Source: Patescibacteria group bacterium (lineage in GTDB: Bacteria > Patescibacteriota > Patescibacteriia > Magasanikbacterales > GWA2-37-8). From it: 64,000 nt of DNA. The DNA lies in contig JBAZKA010000003.1 in NCBI GenBank assembly GCA_041651015.1, forward strand, positions 117,755 to 181,754. The letters are read 5' to 3'. The number at the start of each line of letters is the position of its first letter. The first letter of the stretch is position 1. The position numbers and the translations under genes are program-made. Shown here piece by piece: positions 45,026 to 55,039 of the stretch. The notes under the pieces are model-generated. The model was not told where the DNA came from and did no database searches. It saw only the letters and a program-made list of their open reading frames with translations.

Positions 45026-47077
45026 TTATTTTTTATCAACCATCACTCTCGCGTCCACGATATAAGCGCCGGATTCATCTACAATAACCGGGTTCAAATC
45101 AATCTCTGAAATGGATTTTTCTTTATGCGCCAAGCGGGACAGCGAAGAAATAATTTTCGCCAACGCGTTTATGTCCAGGGATTTTTGTCCGCGCGCGCCT
45201 TTCAGGATTTGAGAAATTTTCGTTTCATTAATCATCTCCAAAGCTGTTTTTTCATCCACCGGACACAGATGCGTTACTGCGTCTTTCAAAATTTCAGTAA
45301 AGATTCCTCCGGCGCCAAATACAATCACCGGACCGAAAGACGGGTCGCGTTTTATGCCAACCACCACTTCCACGCCTTTTTTCATCGGCTGAAGGACATA
45401 ACCGTCAATGCGCGCGGACGGAATTTTTTCTTTAATCGCGTCAGACATTTCATCCCAAGCCTTTTGCGCGGACGCGAGGTCGGTGATATTTATTTTCACC
45501 GCGGAAAAATCCGTTTTGTGAATCACATCCGGCGAGACGACCTTCATGGCCCACGGGAAGGAAACTTTATTTTCATACAGAGGCAATTTATTTTTGGCTT
45601 CAATAAATTTTCCAATCACGCTCAAATCATATTTACCCAGCAAGACTCCGGCTTCATCAAAGCTCATCTGCCTGGTCGTGGAGACGGCCGTGGCGTGTTG
45701 GCTCGGCTCGGCGGACGAGGGCGGTTGTTGAGTTTTTATCTGATAAACCGCGAGCGAAGAAATCGCTTTGATTAAATCCGCCGGGTCGCGGAAGTTGCTT
45801 ATACCCGCGGACATGAAAATTTTCTCGGCCGGCGTAATGGCTTTGCCTCCGATAAAAAGCGGAATAATTATTTTTTTGTCCGAAAATTTGAGAATTGTTT
45901 CGGCGATACCGGCGACCGGCGTGACGCGCTGGGGCGTGAGCAAGACAATGATGCCAAAATCTTTTTTATCTTGAATCAAAACTTTCAAAGCCGAGTCATA
46001 ACGATCGCTCAAAGCGTCGCCGATAATATCCACCGGATTATGGCAGGAGGCGGTCGGCGGTAAAACTTTTTTCAAACTATTTTGCGTTTCATCACTCAAA
46101 TTATACAATGAGAGATTGGATGAGCCTTCAATCAAATCCGCAGTGATAATTGACGGTCCCCCGCCATTGGTAAGGATTACCCACTCCGAGGGCAAACGCT
46201 TTGGATGTGCGAGAGACAATTGCACCGCGTTCAGCATTTCTTCCAGAGAATCAACCGCGATGACGCCAGTCTCGCGACAAGCGGTGCGGAAAATTTCATA
46301 CGATGGCGCCAAGGAACCCGTGTGCGAAGATATAGCCTTGGCTCCCCGTTCGCTTCGTCCGGCTTTAATTACAATAATCGGTTTCACGCGCGAGATCTTT
46401 TTCGCCGTTTCCACGAATTGCTTGCCGTCGCTCAAACCTTCCAGATACATTACAATCACATCCGTATTTTTATCCTCGCCAAAAAATTTCAAGAAATCCA
46501 CTTCAGTCGCGCCAGCCGCGTTACCGAGCGACACAAATTTAGAAAATCCAATTTTTTGTTCAGTCGCCCAATCCAACAGCGCCGTACCCAAAGCTCCAGA
46601 TTGAGAAATAAACCCAACCTTGCCTTTGAGTGGTAAATCATTGCCAAAAGCGGCGTTAAGCTCGCTTGATGTATCCATGATACCCAAACAATTCGGCCCG
46701 ACTAAATTAATATTGTATTTTTTCGCAATCGCCACGAGTTCCGCTTCTTTTTTCGCGCCTTCGGCTCCGATTTCTTTGTAACCGGCGGTAATAATTATAA
46801 CGTGCTGAATTTTTTTCTCCCCGCACTCGCGCAAAACCGCGGGCACGATTTCCGGCTTGACCGCGATCACCGCCAAATCAACATGACCGGAAATTTTCTT
46901 GACCGAGGCGAGACAGCGCAAGCTTCCGACTTTCTTGAACATCGGATTAACCGGATAAATTTTCAATTTTTTGTTCTTCTGCAAATTCGCCACAATCACG
47001 TAGCCGAGTTTTTTCTTGTCCGGCGCTGCGCCGATGACAGCCACGGATTTGGGATTAAAAAGATTTATCAGGTTCAT
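45026..47077 (-). CDS. Acetate--CoA ligase (ADP-forming), fused alpha/beta (CoA-binding + ATP-grasp)
   Basis: N-terminal CoA-binding Rossmann (KSVAVIGAAPDKKKLGY). Succinyl-CoA-synthetase-like His loop. C-terminal ATP-grasp. 683 aa. Confidence 0.8.
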   Translation of the reverse strand: MNLINLFNPKSVAVIGAAPDKKKLGYVIVANLQKNKKLKIYPVNPMFKKVGSLRCLASVKKISGHVDLAVIAVKPEIVPAVLRECGEKKIQHVIIITAGYKEIGAEGAKKEAELVAIAKKYNINLVGPNCLGIMDTSSELNAAFGNDLPLKGKVGFISQSGALGTALLDWATEQKIGFSKFVSLGNAAGATEVDFLKFFGEDKNTDVIVMYLEGLSDGKQFVETAKKISRVKPIIVIKAGRSERGAKAISSHTGSLAPSYEIFRTACRETGVIAVDSLEEMLNAVQLSLAHPKRLPSEWVILTNGGGPSIITADLIEGSSNLSLYNLSDETQNSLKKVLPPTASCHNPVDIIGDALSDRYDSALKVLIQDKKDFGIIVLLTPQRVTPVAGIAETILKFSDKKIIIPLFIGGKAITPAEKIFMSAGISNFRDPADLIKAISSLAVYQIKTQQPPSSAEPSQHATAVSTTRQMSFDEAGVLLGKYDLSVIGKFIEAKNKLPLYENKVSFPWAMKVVSPDVIHKTDFSAVKINITDLASAQKAWDEMSDAIKEKIPSARIDGYVLQPMKKGVEVVVGIKRDPSFGPVIVFGAGGIFTEILKDAVTHLCPVDEKTALEMINETKISQILKGARGQKSLDINALAKIISSLSRLAHKEKSISEIDLNPVIVDESGAYIVDARVMVDKK

Positions 47078-47841
47078 ACTTGTTCTTCAAATATTGGCTT
47101 ATCAACTTCATAAAATACTCCGGTCAAAACCTTGCCTGAATTCTCGCGGATTTTTTCCAGCGACTTCATCAAATCATTGGTCGGAAAATTTTCCAACGGC
47201 GCAATTTTATCGCGAAAATATTCACGCGTGTCGGCAAAAGAAATACACGGCTGGATGATATCCACAATGGAAAACCCTTTATGCTTTATCGCCCGCTTCA
47301 TAATTTGCTTTAGCCCCTCCGGGTCCAAGGCCCAAGCCCGAGCCACAAAAGTCGCGCCGGACACGAGCATAACCGCGAGCGGGTTCATCGGCTCTTCGGG
47401 CGCGCCAAACGGTGTAGAACGGCCTTTATAGCCCTTGGGCGAGGTCGGGGTGGTCTGACCGGTTGTCAGGCCAAAAACTTGGTTGTTGTGGACAAACAAA
47501 GTAATGTTCGTATTGCGTTTAGCCGCATGCACCAAGTGTTCAATTCCCTCGGCATAAGCATTGCCATCACCGGAAAAAGACGTCACCGTCAAATCCGGGT
47601 TAGCCAATTTAATTCCTTCGGCCGTGGCCACATCGCGTCCGTGCAAAGACATCACACTGTTCACATTTACAAAATCCGGAATCTTGCCGTGACAGCCGAT
47701 GCCGGCGGTCATTACAAATTTATCTTTGTCATAACCTTCGCCGATTAAATCATTCAAGGCATTTTTGTAGGCGGCGAGAATCATAAAATTGGTACAGCCC
47801 GGACACCAGGTATTTTTTGCTTTAGTGGAAAAATCAATCAT
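47074..47841 (-). CDS. porB: 2-oxoacid:ferredoxin oxidoreductase beta subunit (TPP-binding)
   Basis: WCPGCTNF and GIGCHGK TPP/Fe-S motifs. 255 aa. Confidence 0.8.
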   Translation of the reverse strand: MIDFSTKAKNTWCPGCTNFMILAAYKNALNDLIGEGYDKDKFVMTAGIGCHGKIPDFVNVNSVMSLHGRDVATAEGIKLANPDLTVTSFSGDGNAYAEGIEHLVHAAKRNTNITLFVHNNQVFGLTTGQTTPTSPKGYKGRSTPFGAPEEPMNPLAVMLVSGATFVARAWALDPEGLKQIMKRAIKHKGFSIVDIIQPCISFADTREYFRDKIAPLENFPTNDLMKSLEKIRENSGKVLTGVFYEVDKPIFEEQV

Positions 47842-48107
47842 ATTAACCCTGTTAAATAAGATTTGAGCCGATGTTTTAAAAACATCTTACCCAAATACGT
47901 TTTTAAATATTTTTCTCTATGTGTTGCATCTTGTTGATTTAAACAAGCTTCATAATATATTAAGTTTAACGGTCTTCTATTGCATGTTGACGGTATTTTG
48001 CCTGTCTGATGTAGCTCAAATCTTAATTTTAAATTTTTTGTATATCCGGTATAAAACTTTTTATCCTTTAACGATTGTAATATATAAGTATAATACATAC
48101 CCTCCAA
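47838..48107 (-). CDS. GIY-YIG nuclease-family small protein
   Basis: YYTYILQS...KFYTGYTKNLKLRFELH carries the GIY-(x10)-YTG motif. 89 aa. The ~30% GC segment splits the porB/porA pair. Confidence 0.6.
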   Translation of the reverse strand: MEGMYYTYILQSLKDKKFYTGYTKNLKLRFELHQTGKIPSTCNRRPLNLIYYEACLNQQDATHREKYLKTYLGKMFLKHRLKSYLTGLI

Positions 48108-48123
48108 AAAAATTTAAAATTAT

Positions 48124-49821
48124 TTAACAGGGTAAAAACAACTTATTAAATTTCACAGCCAATTCCTCGGGCTTGAAGCCGAGAGAATCATAACGCCGTA
48201 AATTATTTTTAATCATCACGCCGGTTTTTTCAGCAATCAATTTATTCAATTGTCCGGTAAAATTAGTATCAATACAAACAATTTTTTTTGCGCCTTTAAT
48301 TTCTTGCAAAAACTTTTCCGCGCAAAACGGTTCCAGCCAAATAATCTGCACAGCCTTAAAAGATTTTTTCATAAAGCGCATTGATTCCGCGACCGCGCCT
48401 TTGACCGAACCGTAAAACACCACCACATTTTTGGATTTCACGTCGCCCCAGACTTTAATCCCGCCGCGCTTTTTCATCTCAGCAACCAAGCCCTTCTCTT
48501 TTAAAAATCTTTTCTCGCACATTTTTTTCGTTGTCTCGGGGTCATCGGTGATCCAGCCGTTCTCGTCGTGCTCATAGCTGGTAGTTTTCACCACCGTATT
48601 TTTCATACCCGGAAAAGCTAACGGCGACACACCATCGGACGTAAAAGCATGGCGTTTGTATGACACGCCACCCGCGGACATCTTCGCGTTTTCAATTTTA
48701 ACTTTTTTTCTCGCCAATTCCACGGTCGCAACCGATTCAGAAAGATGTTTATCCAAAAGCACCATCACCGGCGTCTGGTATTTCCAAGCCAAGTTCATGG
48801 CATCAGCGGCGAGAACGAATGATTCCTCAGCATCACCCGGAGCCAGCACCACACGCGGATATTCACCTGGAATATTACGAACAAAATCCAAATCACCTTG
48901 GCCCACTCTGGTCGGTACACCCGTAGAGGTGGAAGCGCGTTGCGAGTCGCCCACCACAATCGGTAATTCAGCGATACCGGCAAAGGCCATAGCCTCTAAC
49001 ATCAAAGCAAATCCCCCGCCCGTGGATGCGACCGCGGTACGCGCGCCGGCAAAAGCCGAACCGAGCGCCATATTAATCACACTGATTTCATTTTCCGGTT
49101 GCACCACCTTAATTTTATAATCATGGGATTTTTTGGCGAGATAATGCAAGATAGAAGAAGACGGTGTCATGGGATACGCGAAATAATTTTTCATACCGGC
49201 CGCCACCAAGCCTTCGCTAAACGCTTCATTGCCGTCAAACCACTCTCTCTTTGATAATTTACATTTAGGCAATAATTTTTGTTTTAATTTTTTCTCCACG
49301 GCAAATTCATAACCGCGTTTGGCCAAATCAATATTTACCTTGGCTTTATCGCCGAATGTTTCCGTAAATACTTGATTAAGTGTTTCTAATTTCAAATCAA
49401 AATGATGGCACAGGGCGCCAAGCAAAACTCCGGCGCGCGTAATCGGCGGGGCGCCCAATTCTTTGGCCCAAACGCCGGCCGGCACGGCAAATACTCCGGC
49501 CGGAGATTTTTCCGGCTCGCCGTCAAACAGAATTATCCCGTCTTTTTTCAAATCTTTTTTGTGCTTTTCAATCGTCTCCAAATTCAAAGCGACCAGCGCG
49601 TCCAATTTTTCCATGTCGCTCCTGACTTTTCCGCGCGAAAAATTCAATTGCGCGAAATTGTGTCCCCCGCGGATGAGCGACGGATATTCCACGGACAAGA
49701 AAAATTCAAAACCGTGTTTGGCCGTCAAGCGTCCGATGTTAATCGTCGCTTCTTTGGCGCCATCGCCAGCTTGCCCGCCGACCACCACGGAAAAAATGGG
49801 TTCAAATTTTGTTTTTGGCAT
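48124..49821 (-). CDS. porA: 2-oxoacid:ferredoxin oxidoreductase alpha (gamma-alpha fused) subunit
   Basis: POR gamma-like N-terminal domain plus the alpha pyrimidine-binding domain (GGGFALMLEAMAFAG). 565 aa. Confidence 0.8.
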   Translation of the reverse strand: MPKTKFEPIFSVVVGGQAGDGAKEATINIGRLTAKHGFEFFLSVEYPSLIRGGHNFAQLNFSRGKVRSDMEKLDALVALNLETIEKHKKDLKKDGIILFDGEPEKSPAGVFAVPAGVWAKELGAPPITRAGVLLGALCHHFDLKLETLNQVFTETFGDKAKVNIDLAKRGYEFAVEKKLKQKLLPKCKLSKREWFDGNEAFSEGLVAAGMKNYFAYPMTPSSSILHYLAKKSHDYKIKVVQPENEISVINMALGSAFAGARTAVASTGGGFALMLEAMAFAGIAELPIVVGDSQRASTSTGVPTRVGQGDLDFVRNIPGEYPRVVLAPGDAEESFVLAADAMNLAWKYQTPVMVLLDKHLSESVATVELARKKVKIENAKMSAGGVSYKRHAFTSDGVSPLAFPGMKNTVVKTTSYEHDENGWITDDPETTKKMCEKRFLKEKGLVAEMKKRGGIKVWGDVKSKNVVVFYGSVKGAVAESMRFMKKSFKAVQIIWLEPFCAEKFLQEIKGAKKIVCIDTNFTGQLNKLIAEKTGVMIKNNLRRYDSLGFKPEELAVKFNKLFLPC

Positions 49822-49835
49822 AATTATTTTTTCAA

Positions 49836-50630
49836 TTAAATAATGACAGTCGCCTTTTCATACAACATCGGCAAACAATCTTGTCTCATTCTAAATTTTG
49901 TACCATGATTATGGCCGGTACGGGCGTCAAAATCCACCAGTATTTTTCCTTCTTCAAGCGCATGCAAAAATCCCTCAAAACTAAATTTTTGCAACATCAT
50001 TACTTTTGAATAATGATAAAATTCTTTTTTTCTCCGAATATCCACTTCGGCCTGAACATAAAAAGCATTTAATAATTTTGTGCCGGCTTTATGTTCCAGA
50101 TCATCAAAGCCCCAATACGGCTGGGGATTTAATTCACCAAGACCGGCTCGTTTTTCAACAAGTTTAAGCCATGATTTGTGCTTTGAATCTACACTTTTTG
50201 CGTCAAACGAAATCAATATTTTTCTTTCTTGGCGATCAATCACAACTTTAAAACCCCTATCGCTTCTTGACTTGCCATGAATCGTCTGGCGAAAACTCAT
50301 TTCATTTTTGGGATATTTGGCTCCGCGCTCCTGATGCGCCCAACCATATAACGGTAATAAAATTTGCGGCACAAAACGCACGGCGCGCGGCGACGGCTCA
50401 ATATGAAAAAGTGTTGTGAGCGAAGTTGAATCAAGACGCTGGGCTTTTAATTCCCATTCGGCGGCATTGGGAATCGGTAAATTATTTTCTTTTATCCCCA
50501 ACAAATCTTCTAGTGTATTGCCAATTCCGCCGGCATTCCCTTTGCGGGCGTTCGCAATAAAACCCATTTCGGAAATTTTCTTCAATTTCGCGATTAGCGC
50601 CGGTTTTGTATAGATAACTGGTTTTGTCAT
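49836..50630 (-). CDS. Type II restriction endonuclease, MvaI/BcnI-like family
   Basis: GNAGGIGNTLEDLLGIKENN...ELKAQ...TLFHIEP matches my recollection of the BcnI/MvaI conserved N-terminal blocks. Overlaps the MTase gene by 4 nt. Confidence 0.55.
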   Translation of the reverse strand: MTKPVIYTKPALIAKLKKISEMGFIANARKGNAGGIGNTLEDLLGIKENNLPIPNAAEWELKAQRLDSTSLTTLFHIEPSPRAVRFVPQILLPLYGWAHQERGAKYPKNEMSFRQTIHGKSRSDRGFKVVIDRQERKILISFDAKSVDSKHKSWLKLVEKRAGLGELNPQPYWGFDDLEHKAGTKLLNAFYVQAEVDIRRKKEFYHYSKVMMLQKFSFEGFLHALEEGKILVDFDARTGHNHGTKFRMRQDCLPMLYEKATVII

Positions 50631-51376
50631 AATAATTTTCTTTGTGATTGATGCTGTTTAATTCTTCTTTTTGCCGACTCGCAATAATCTGGCGAGATAT
50701 CTATACCTATATAATTGCGATTAAAATTTATTGCCGAAATTGCGGTTGTACCGGATCCCATGAATGGGTCAAGAATAATTTTTGAAGTTGTGGAAGAAAT
50801 TATTTTATCAATCAATTTTACAGGGAATGGAGCCGGATGTCCATTTTTCATTTCTTGCGGCACTTCCCAAATATCACCAAAGGCATTTGCCTTGGGGGCG
50901 AGAGCAAATTTTGATTTGGCGATTAGATATATTACTTCATATGTCGGCAGAAAATAACCAGCATTAAAATTCAACCCGCCAGCGCGTTTCCAGATAATAA
51001 TTTGCCGCACTGGAAAATCACTAACAATATCTTGACGGTCTTGCAGTAAACCGCCTTGCACACGCCATTTATGATTATAAAAAATAGCGCCGTCCTCGGG
51101 AATAATTCTCATCATTTCAGTCAAGCAATCTCTTTGCCATTTAACATATTCCTCGTGCGGCATGTTGTCGTCATAATGAGAGTAACCGTTTTTCAGAGCG
51201 GCGTTTTCCCATTTGCCTCCTCTTCCGTCTTTCATACCATTGCCCGTGGAATTTCTCAAATTATACGGCGGTGAAGTAACGATTAAGTCAACCGAACAAT
51301 CCGGCATCTTTTTCATCACCTCAATAGTATCGCCGCAGATTATTTTATTTAGATATTTTGTAATGCCAGTCGGCAT
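50627..51376 (-). CDS. DNA methyltransferase, beta-class N4-cytosine/N6-adenine (N6_N4_Mtase family)
   Basis: Motif IV DLIVTSPPY near the N-terminus. Motif I DPFMGSGTT near the C-terminus, which is the beta-class order. Confidence 0.8.
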   Translation of the reverse strand: MPTGITKYLNKIICGDTIEVMKKMPDCSVDLIVTSPPYNLRNSTGNGMKDGRGGKWENAALKNGYSHYDDNMPHEEYVKWQRDCLTEMMRIIPEDGAIFYNHKWRVQGGLLQDRQDIVSDFPVRQIIIWKRAGGLNFNAGYFLPTYEVIYLIAKSKFALAPKANAFGDIWEVPQEMKNGHPAPFPVKLIDKIISSTTSKIILDPFMGSGTTAISAINFNRNYIGIDISPDYCESAKRRIKQHQSQRKLL

Positions 51377-51443
51377 AATTTTCTTACGAGAGATCCTTCG
51401 CCGCTAAAGCGGCTCAGGATAAAATTTTGCTCCGAGCAAAATT

Positions 51444-53243
51444 TTACTTTTTATACACTCCCTGAACCAAGGCGCCATCCGCTTTCACGCGATTACGGCG
51501 CGTCACCGCATGGCGGATTTTTTTGCCATAATGCGTGTGCAGAACCTTGTGTTTATTTTTTTCATCTTTGAAAAACTCGTCGTAAACTTTTTTCACAATC
51601 GGATTTTCGTGGCCCAGACGAATTTTTTTCGCGCCATCAATAATGTAAAGCGACTTGGCCCGGCGTTCGCGAATGGATTCATCCACGGGCATGGATTGCC
51701 CTCCCCCGCCGATACAACCGCCCGGACAGGCCATCACTTCCACAAAATCATAACGATTGGGATTTTGCTTGAGTTCATCCAAAATAATTCTGGCATTGGA
51801 AATTTTGTTGGTGACGACCACGTTTAATTCTTTTTTGATTCCCTTGGCGGTTTTGAGCGTAGCCGGCAATTTAATGGTGGCGCGTTTGATGCCGTCCAGA
51901 CCGCGGACATTTTTGAATAAATCAACATTAGCCAAATTTGTGCCGGTCAACAGCCAATAAGCCGTGCGCAGAGCCGCTTCCATCACTCCGCCCGAAGCGC
52001 CGTAAATCACGCCCGCGCCAGACGGGTCGCCAAACGGATTATCTGATTGCGTCGGTTTTATTTTTTTCAAATCAATTTTGTTTTTCAAAAACCATCTTGC
52101 GAGTTCTCTGGTGGTAATGGTAATGTCCACCGGTTTCATCCCATCAATCTTAAATTCCGGACGGTCCACTTCATATTTTTTGGAAGTGCACGGCATGACC
52201 GAAACCGAAACAATTTTTTTCGGGTCAATTTGCATTTTCCCGGCCCAATAAGTTTTGGCAATACCGCCCAACATTATTTCCGGGGATCTGGCCGTGCTCA
52301 AATGTTTTACATATTCCGGATGATTGTATTCCATAAACATCACCCAGGACGGACAGCACGAAGTAAAAATCGGCAAATTTTCTCCTTTCTTAATTCTCTC
52401 CACGGCCTCTGACGCTTCCTCCAAAGTGGTAAAATCCGCCACGGCCGAAGTGTCAAAAACATAATTAAATCCCAGAGCGCGCAAACCGGCGGCCAGTTGA
52501 TCGGTCGCGGCCGCGCCATAGGGCAAACCCAATTCTTCGCCAATGGATACGCGGATTGACGGCGCGAATTGCACCAACACAATTTTGGATTTGTCTTTCA
52601 AATATTTTTCCAATTCATCAATCACTTTGTATTCACCTTTAGATTTGATCGCCCCGGCCGGACAATGCACCACGCATTGACCGCAGGAAATACAATCTTT
52701 CTTTTTATCATCGGTCGGCTTAATGCCAATGTCCGCCCCGCGCTCATCCACTTCCAAATATTTGGTCGGACAAACTTCCACGCAATTCCGGCAATCAATA
52801 CATTTGGTCTGGTCAAAAACAATCGGACCAAATTCATAAATCGGCCGTTTAATTTTTCTATCCACAAAACGCAACATTTTGGAATTCAACTGCTTGCGGT
52901 ATTTTAGCAAATCACAGCGCGAATTATAAACACAACTCGGGCAATCCTCCACGTGCTCGCCAAAAATCATTTCCAAGTTAAATTTGCGCGCGCGTTTGAT
53001 TTCTTTGGAATCGGAAATAATTTCCATATCCGGCACGGCGAATGTGGAACAAGAAGTACTCAATGACTTTTGTCCTTTAATGCTTACTACGCACATTCGG
53101 CAATTGGCCCGTACCGATAAATCCGGATGCTGGCACAAATGCGGAATATCTATTCCGGCGCGCAGAGCCGCGGTTAAAATAGTTTCGCCTTCAAACGCTT
53201 CAATCGCTTTCCCGTCAATTTTTATGTTGAATTTTTTTGGCAT
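51444..53243 (-). CDS. hydA: [FeFe]-hydrogenase catalytic subunit with N-terminal 2Fe-2S and 4Fe-4S ferredoxin domains
   Basis: H-cluster motifs L1 TSCCPSW, L2 MPCTSKKYE and L3 MACPGGCIGGGGQ. 599 aa. Confidence 0.85.
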   Translation of the reverse strand: MPKKFNIKIDGKAIEAFEGETILTAALRAGIDIPHLCQHPDLSVRANCRMCVVSIKGQKSLSTSCSTFAVPDMEIISDSKEIKRARKFNLEMIFGEHVEDCPSCVYNSRCDLLKYRKQLNSKMLRFVDRKIKRPIYEFGPIVFDQTKCIDCRNCVEVCPTKYLEVDERGADIGIKPTDDKKKDCISCGQCVVHCPAGAIKSKGEYKVIDELEKYLKDKSKIVLVQFAPSIRVSIGEELGLPYGAAATDQLAAGLRALGFNYVFDTSAVADFTTLEEASEAVERIKKGENLPIFTSCCPSWVMFMEYNHPEYVKHLSTARSPEIMLGGIAKTYWAGKMQIDPKKIVSVSVMPCTSKKYEVDRPEFKIDGMKPVDITITTRELARWFLKNKIDLKKIKPTQSDNPFGDPSGAGVIYGASGGVMEAALRTAYWLLTGTNLANVDLFKNVRGLDGIKRATIKLPATLKTAKGIKKELNVVVTNKISNARIILDELKQNPNRYDFVEVMACPGGCIGGGGQSMPVDESIRERRAKSLYIIDGAKKIRLGHENPIVKKVYDEFFKDEKNKHKVLHTHYGKKIRHAVTRRNRVKADGALVQGVYKK

Positions 53244-53328
53244 ACCCCGTAGAAGAATTTTGAATAATTATTTTAATGATTTTGATTTAATTATCTATCA
53301 AACTGTCTTTTTACTCCGTAATAATTTC

Positions 53329-53372
53329 TTTGACCCGGCAGAGCTCTTTGGAGATTCTGCTCGGGTTGATTT
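53329..53372 (+). repeat. Degenerate copy of the TTGAC-CCCGCAGA...TCTGCGGGG-TTGAC hairpin-promoter element
   Basis: TTGACCCGGCAGAGCTCTTTGGAGATTCTGCTCGGGTTGATT. Compare 55040-55083 and 59592-59638. Confidence 0.45.
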
Positions 53373-53418
53373 TGCCCTTTGGGCAAAATCGTTCAAAATT
53401 TCTCTACGGGGCATAATA

Positions 53419-53958
53419 TTAAATTCTTTTTATTGTTTTTAAAAATCCGTAAGCGATCAAACTGCCGAGCGCGGCGCTGTAAAGTTGATTCCACGACATC
53501 ATCATGGCCGCGGCTTGCGCCAGCGTTTGGTTCAAAAATATATTAAAAAGCAATTGGCTCATCACGAACAAAAAAATAAATTTGGCGACTGAACCCGCGC
53601 CGGCCGCGAGCCAATAATTGTGCAATCGCAACCAATGAAAAAGGCAAACAAAAATAATATTGCTCAAAATGATAAACGGGACAAACGGCGCAAACATGGC
53701 CGGGAGCAGTCCGCTGACCAGGGCCATAATACTCGGCACAAACGATAAAATCACGGCGCTGCGCAAACCCAGCATTACGGTAATAATAATGAGCAGAGCG
53801 TTCACCATGGGCCCGGAAATAAATTGATTGGGAAAAAGCGGAGCAAGCATTACGCCGGCAAGCAAGACAAAGAATAACCCCGCAGTCGTAGTCGCGCTTT
53901 CTTTGGGGACAGCACCCACCTGTTCGGCCGGTCCGGCATCATAATAATCTCGCCGCAT
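53419..53958 (-). CDS. Polytopic membrane protein (possible ECF-transporter S-component-like)
   Basis: 179 aa, 5-6 predicted TM helices. Sits between hydA and the NuoF-like gene. Confidence 0.4.
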   Translation of the reverse strand: MRRDYYDAGPAEQVGAVPKESATTTAGLFFVLLAGVMLAPLFPNQFISGPMVNALLIIITVMLGLRSAVILSFVPSIMALVSGLLPAMFAPFVPFIILSNIIFVCLFHWLRLHNYWLAAGAGSVAKFIFLFVMSQLLFNIFLNQTLAQAAAMMMSWNQLYSAALGSLIAYGFLKTIKRI

Positions 53959-53963
53959 AATAA

Positions 53964-54947
53964 TTATTTTACGTCAATTTTTTCCAAAAAACTCATCATG
54001 GGCTCGTGGACACTCTTGCCTAACGGACAAAAACTCACGTCGCGCATGGTCTCCAAAATAGCTCGCATCATCAGCCAATCGGGTTTTTGTTTGTTTAATT
54101 CTTCGCGCAGGCGATAAACACCCTCTCGGCACGGCGCGCACTTCCCGCAATTTGATTTGTAAAAAAATTCAATCCAGTTTTTCATCAGTTCGCGCGGTTT
54201 GGTTTTTGATAACAGATGAACAATTATTGAACCGGCCCCGCGCAAAGGCACGCTCAATTCATCGGCGGTCAAAATCGTACCGGCCGCTCCCCCGCCGACT
54301 TGCAAAAAGAATTTACCCGTTGGTTCATTTTTGGTTTTTTGCAAAATACCAATCAATGATAATTTTTCCGGCACTTCAAACACACCCGGATTTTTCACTG
54401 CGCCGCTGACAGATACAAAGCGCGTATTTTCATATTCGCCTTGAGCGATTTTAGCCACCGCGTAAAAAGTCTCTACATTATTGACCAAGGTCGGACAGCC
54501 ATACAAACCCACCTCGGTCGGGAATGGCGGTTTCAATCTGGGTTCACTGCGATTGCCTTCAATGGTTTCAATCAAAGTGGTTTCCTCACCGCACAAATAT
54601 CCACCGTCTTCGGGGAAAAATTCAATCGGTCCTTTTTTGATATACTTTGATAAATCGGCTTTAAATTTTTTCAAATCTTTTTTCTGGCAATAAATTATCG
54701 CCTTCTTGGCTTTTAATTCTTTGATGGCCAGATAGATCCCTTTGACCACTTCTTCGGGATGATATTCCAAAAGATATTTATCCTTGGACACGCCGGGCTC
54801 GCCTTCGGTCGCGTTGCAAATCACGTAAACCGGCTTTTTTGTTTTCGCACCGGCAGACTGTACCGCGCGCCATTTGGTCGCTACGGGAAATCCGGCTCCG
54901 CCTCGTCCGGTTAATTTGGCTTGTTCAATTTTATCAATGATAGTCAT
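53964..54947 (-). CDS. NuoF-like NADH-binding flavoprotein subunit (hydrogenase-associated, Complex1_51K family)
   Basis: GRGGAGFPVATKW FMN/NADH motif. ESCGKCAPCREG 4Fe-4S motif. 327 aa. Confidence 0.75.
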   Translation of the reverse strand: MTIIDKIEQAKLTGRGGAGFPVATKWRAVQSAGAKTKKPVYVICNATEGEPGVSKDKYLLEYHPEEVVKGIYLAIKELKAKKAIIYCQKKDLKKFKADLSKYIKKGPIEFFPEDGGYLCGEETTLIETIEGNRSEPRLKPPFPTEVGLYGCPTLVNNVETFYAVAKIAQGEYENTRFVSVSGAVKNPGVFEVPEKLSLIGILQKTKNEPTGKFFLQVGGGAAGTILTADELSVPLRGAGSIIVHLLSKTKPRELMKNWIEFFYKSNCGKCAPCREGVYRLREELNKQKPDWLMMRAILETMRDVSFCPLGKSVHEPMMSFLEKIDVK

Positions 54948-55039
54948 AAATAACGAATTATTTTTTGTATTGATTTATATTTTACCAGACTTTTGCCTAT
55001 ATAGCAAAATCGTATTGTGCATAATTTAGCCAAATTATG

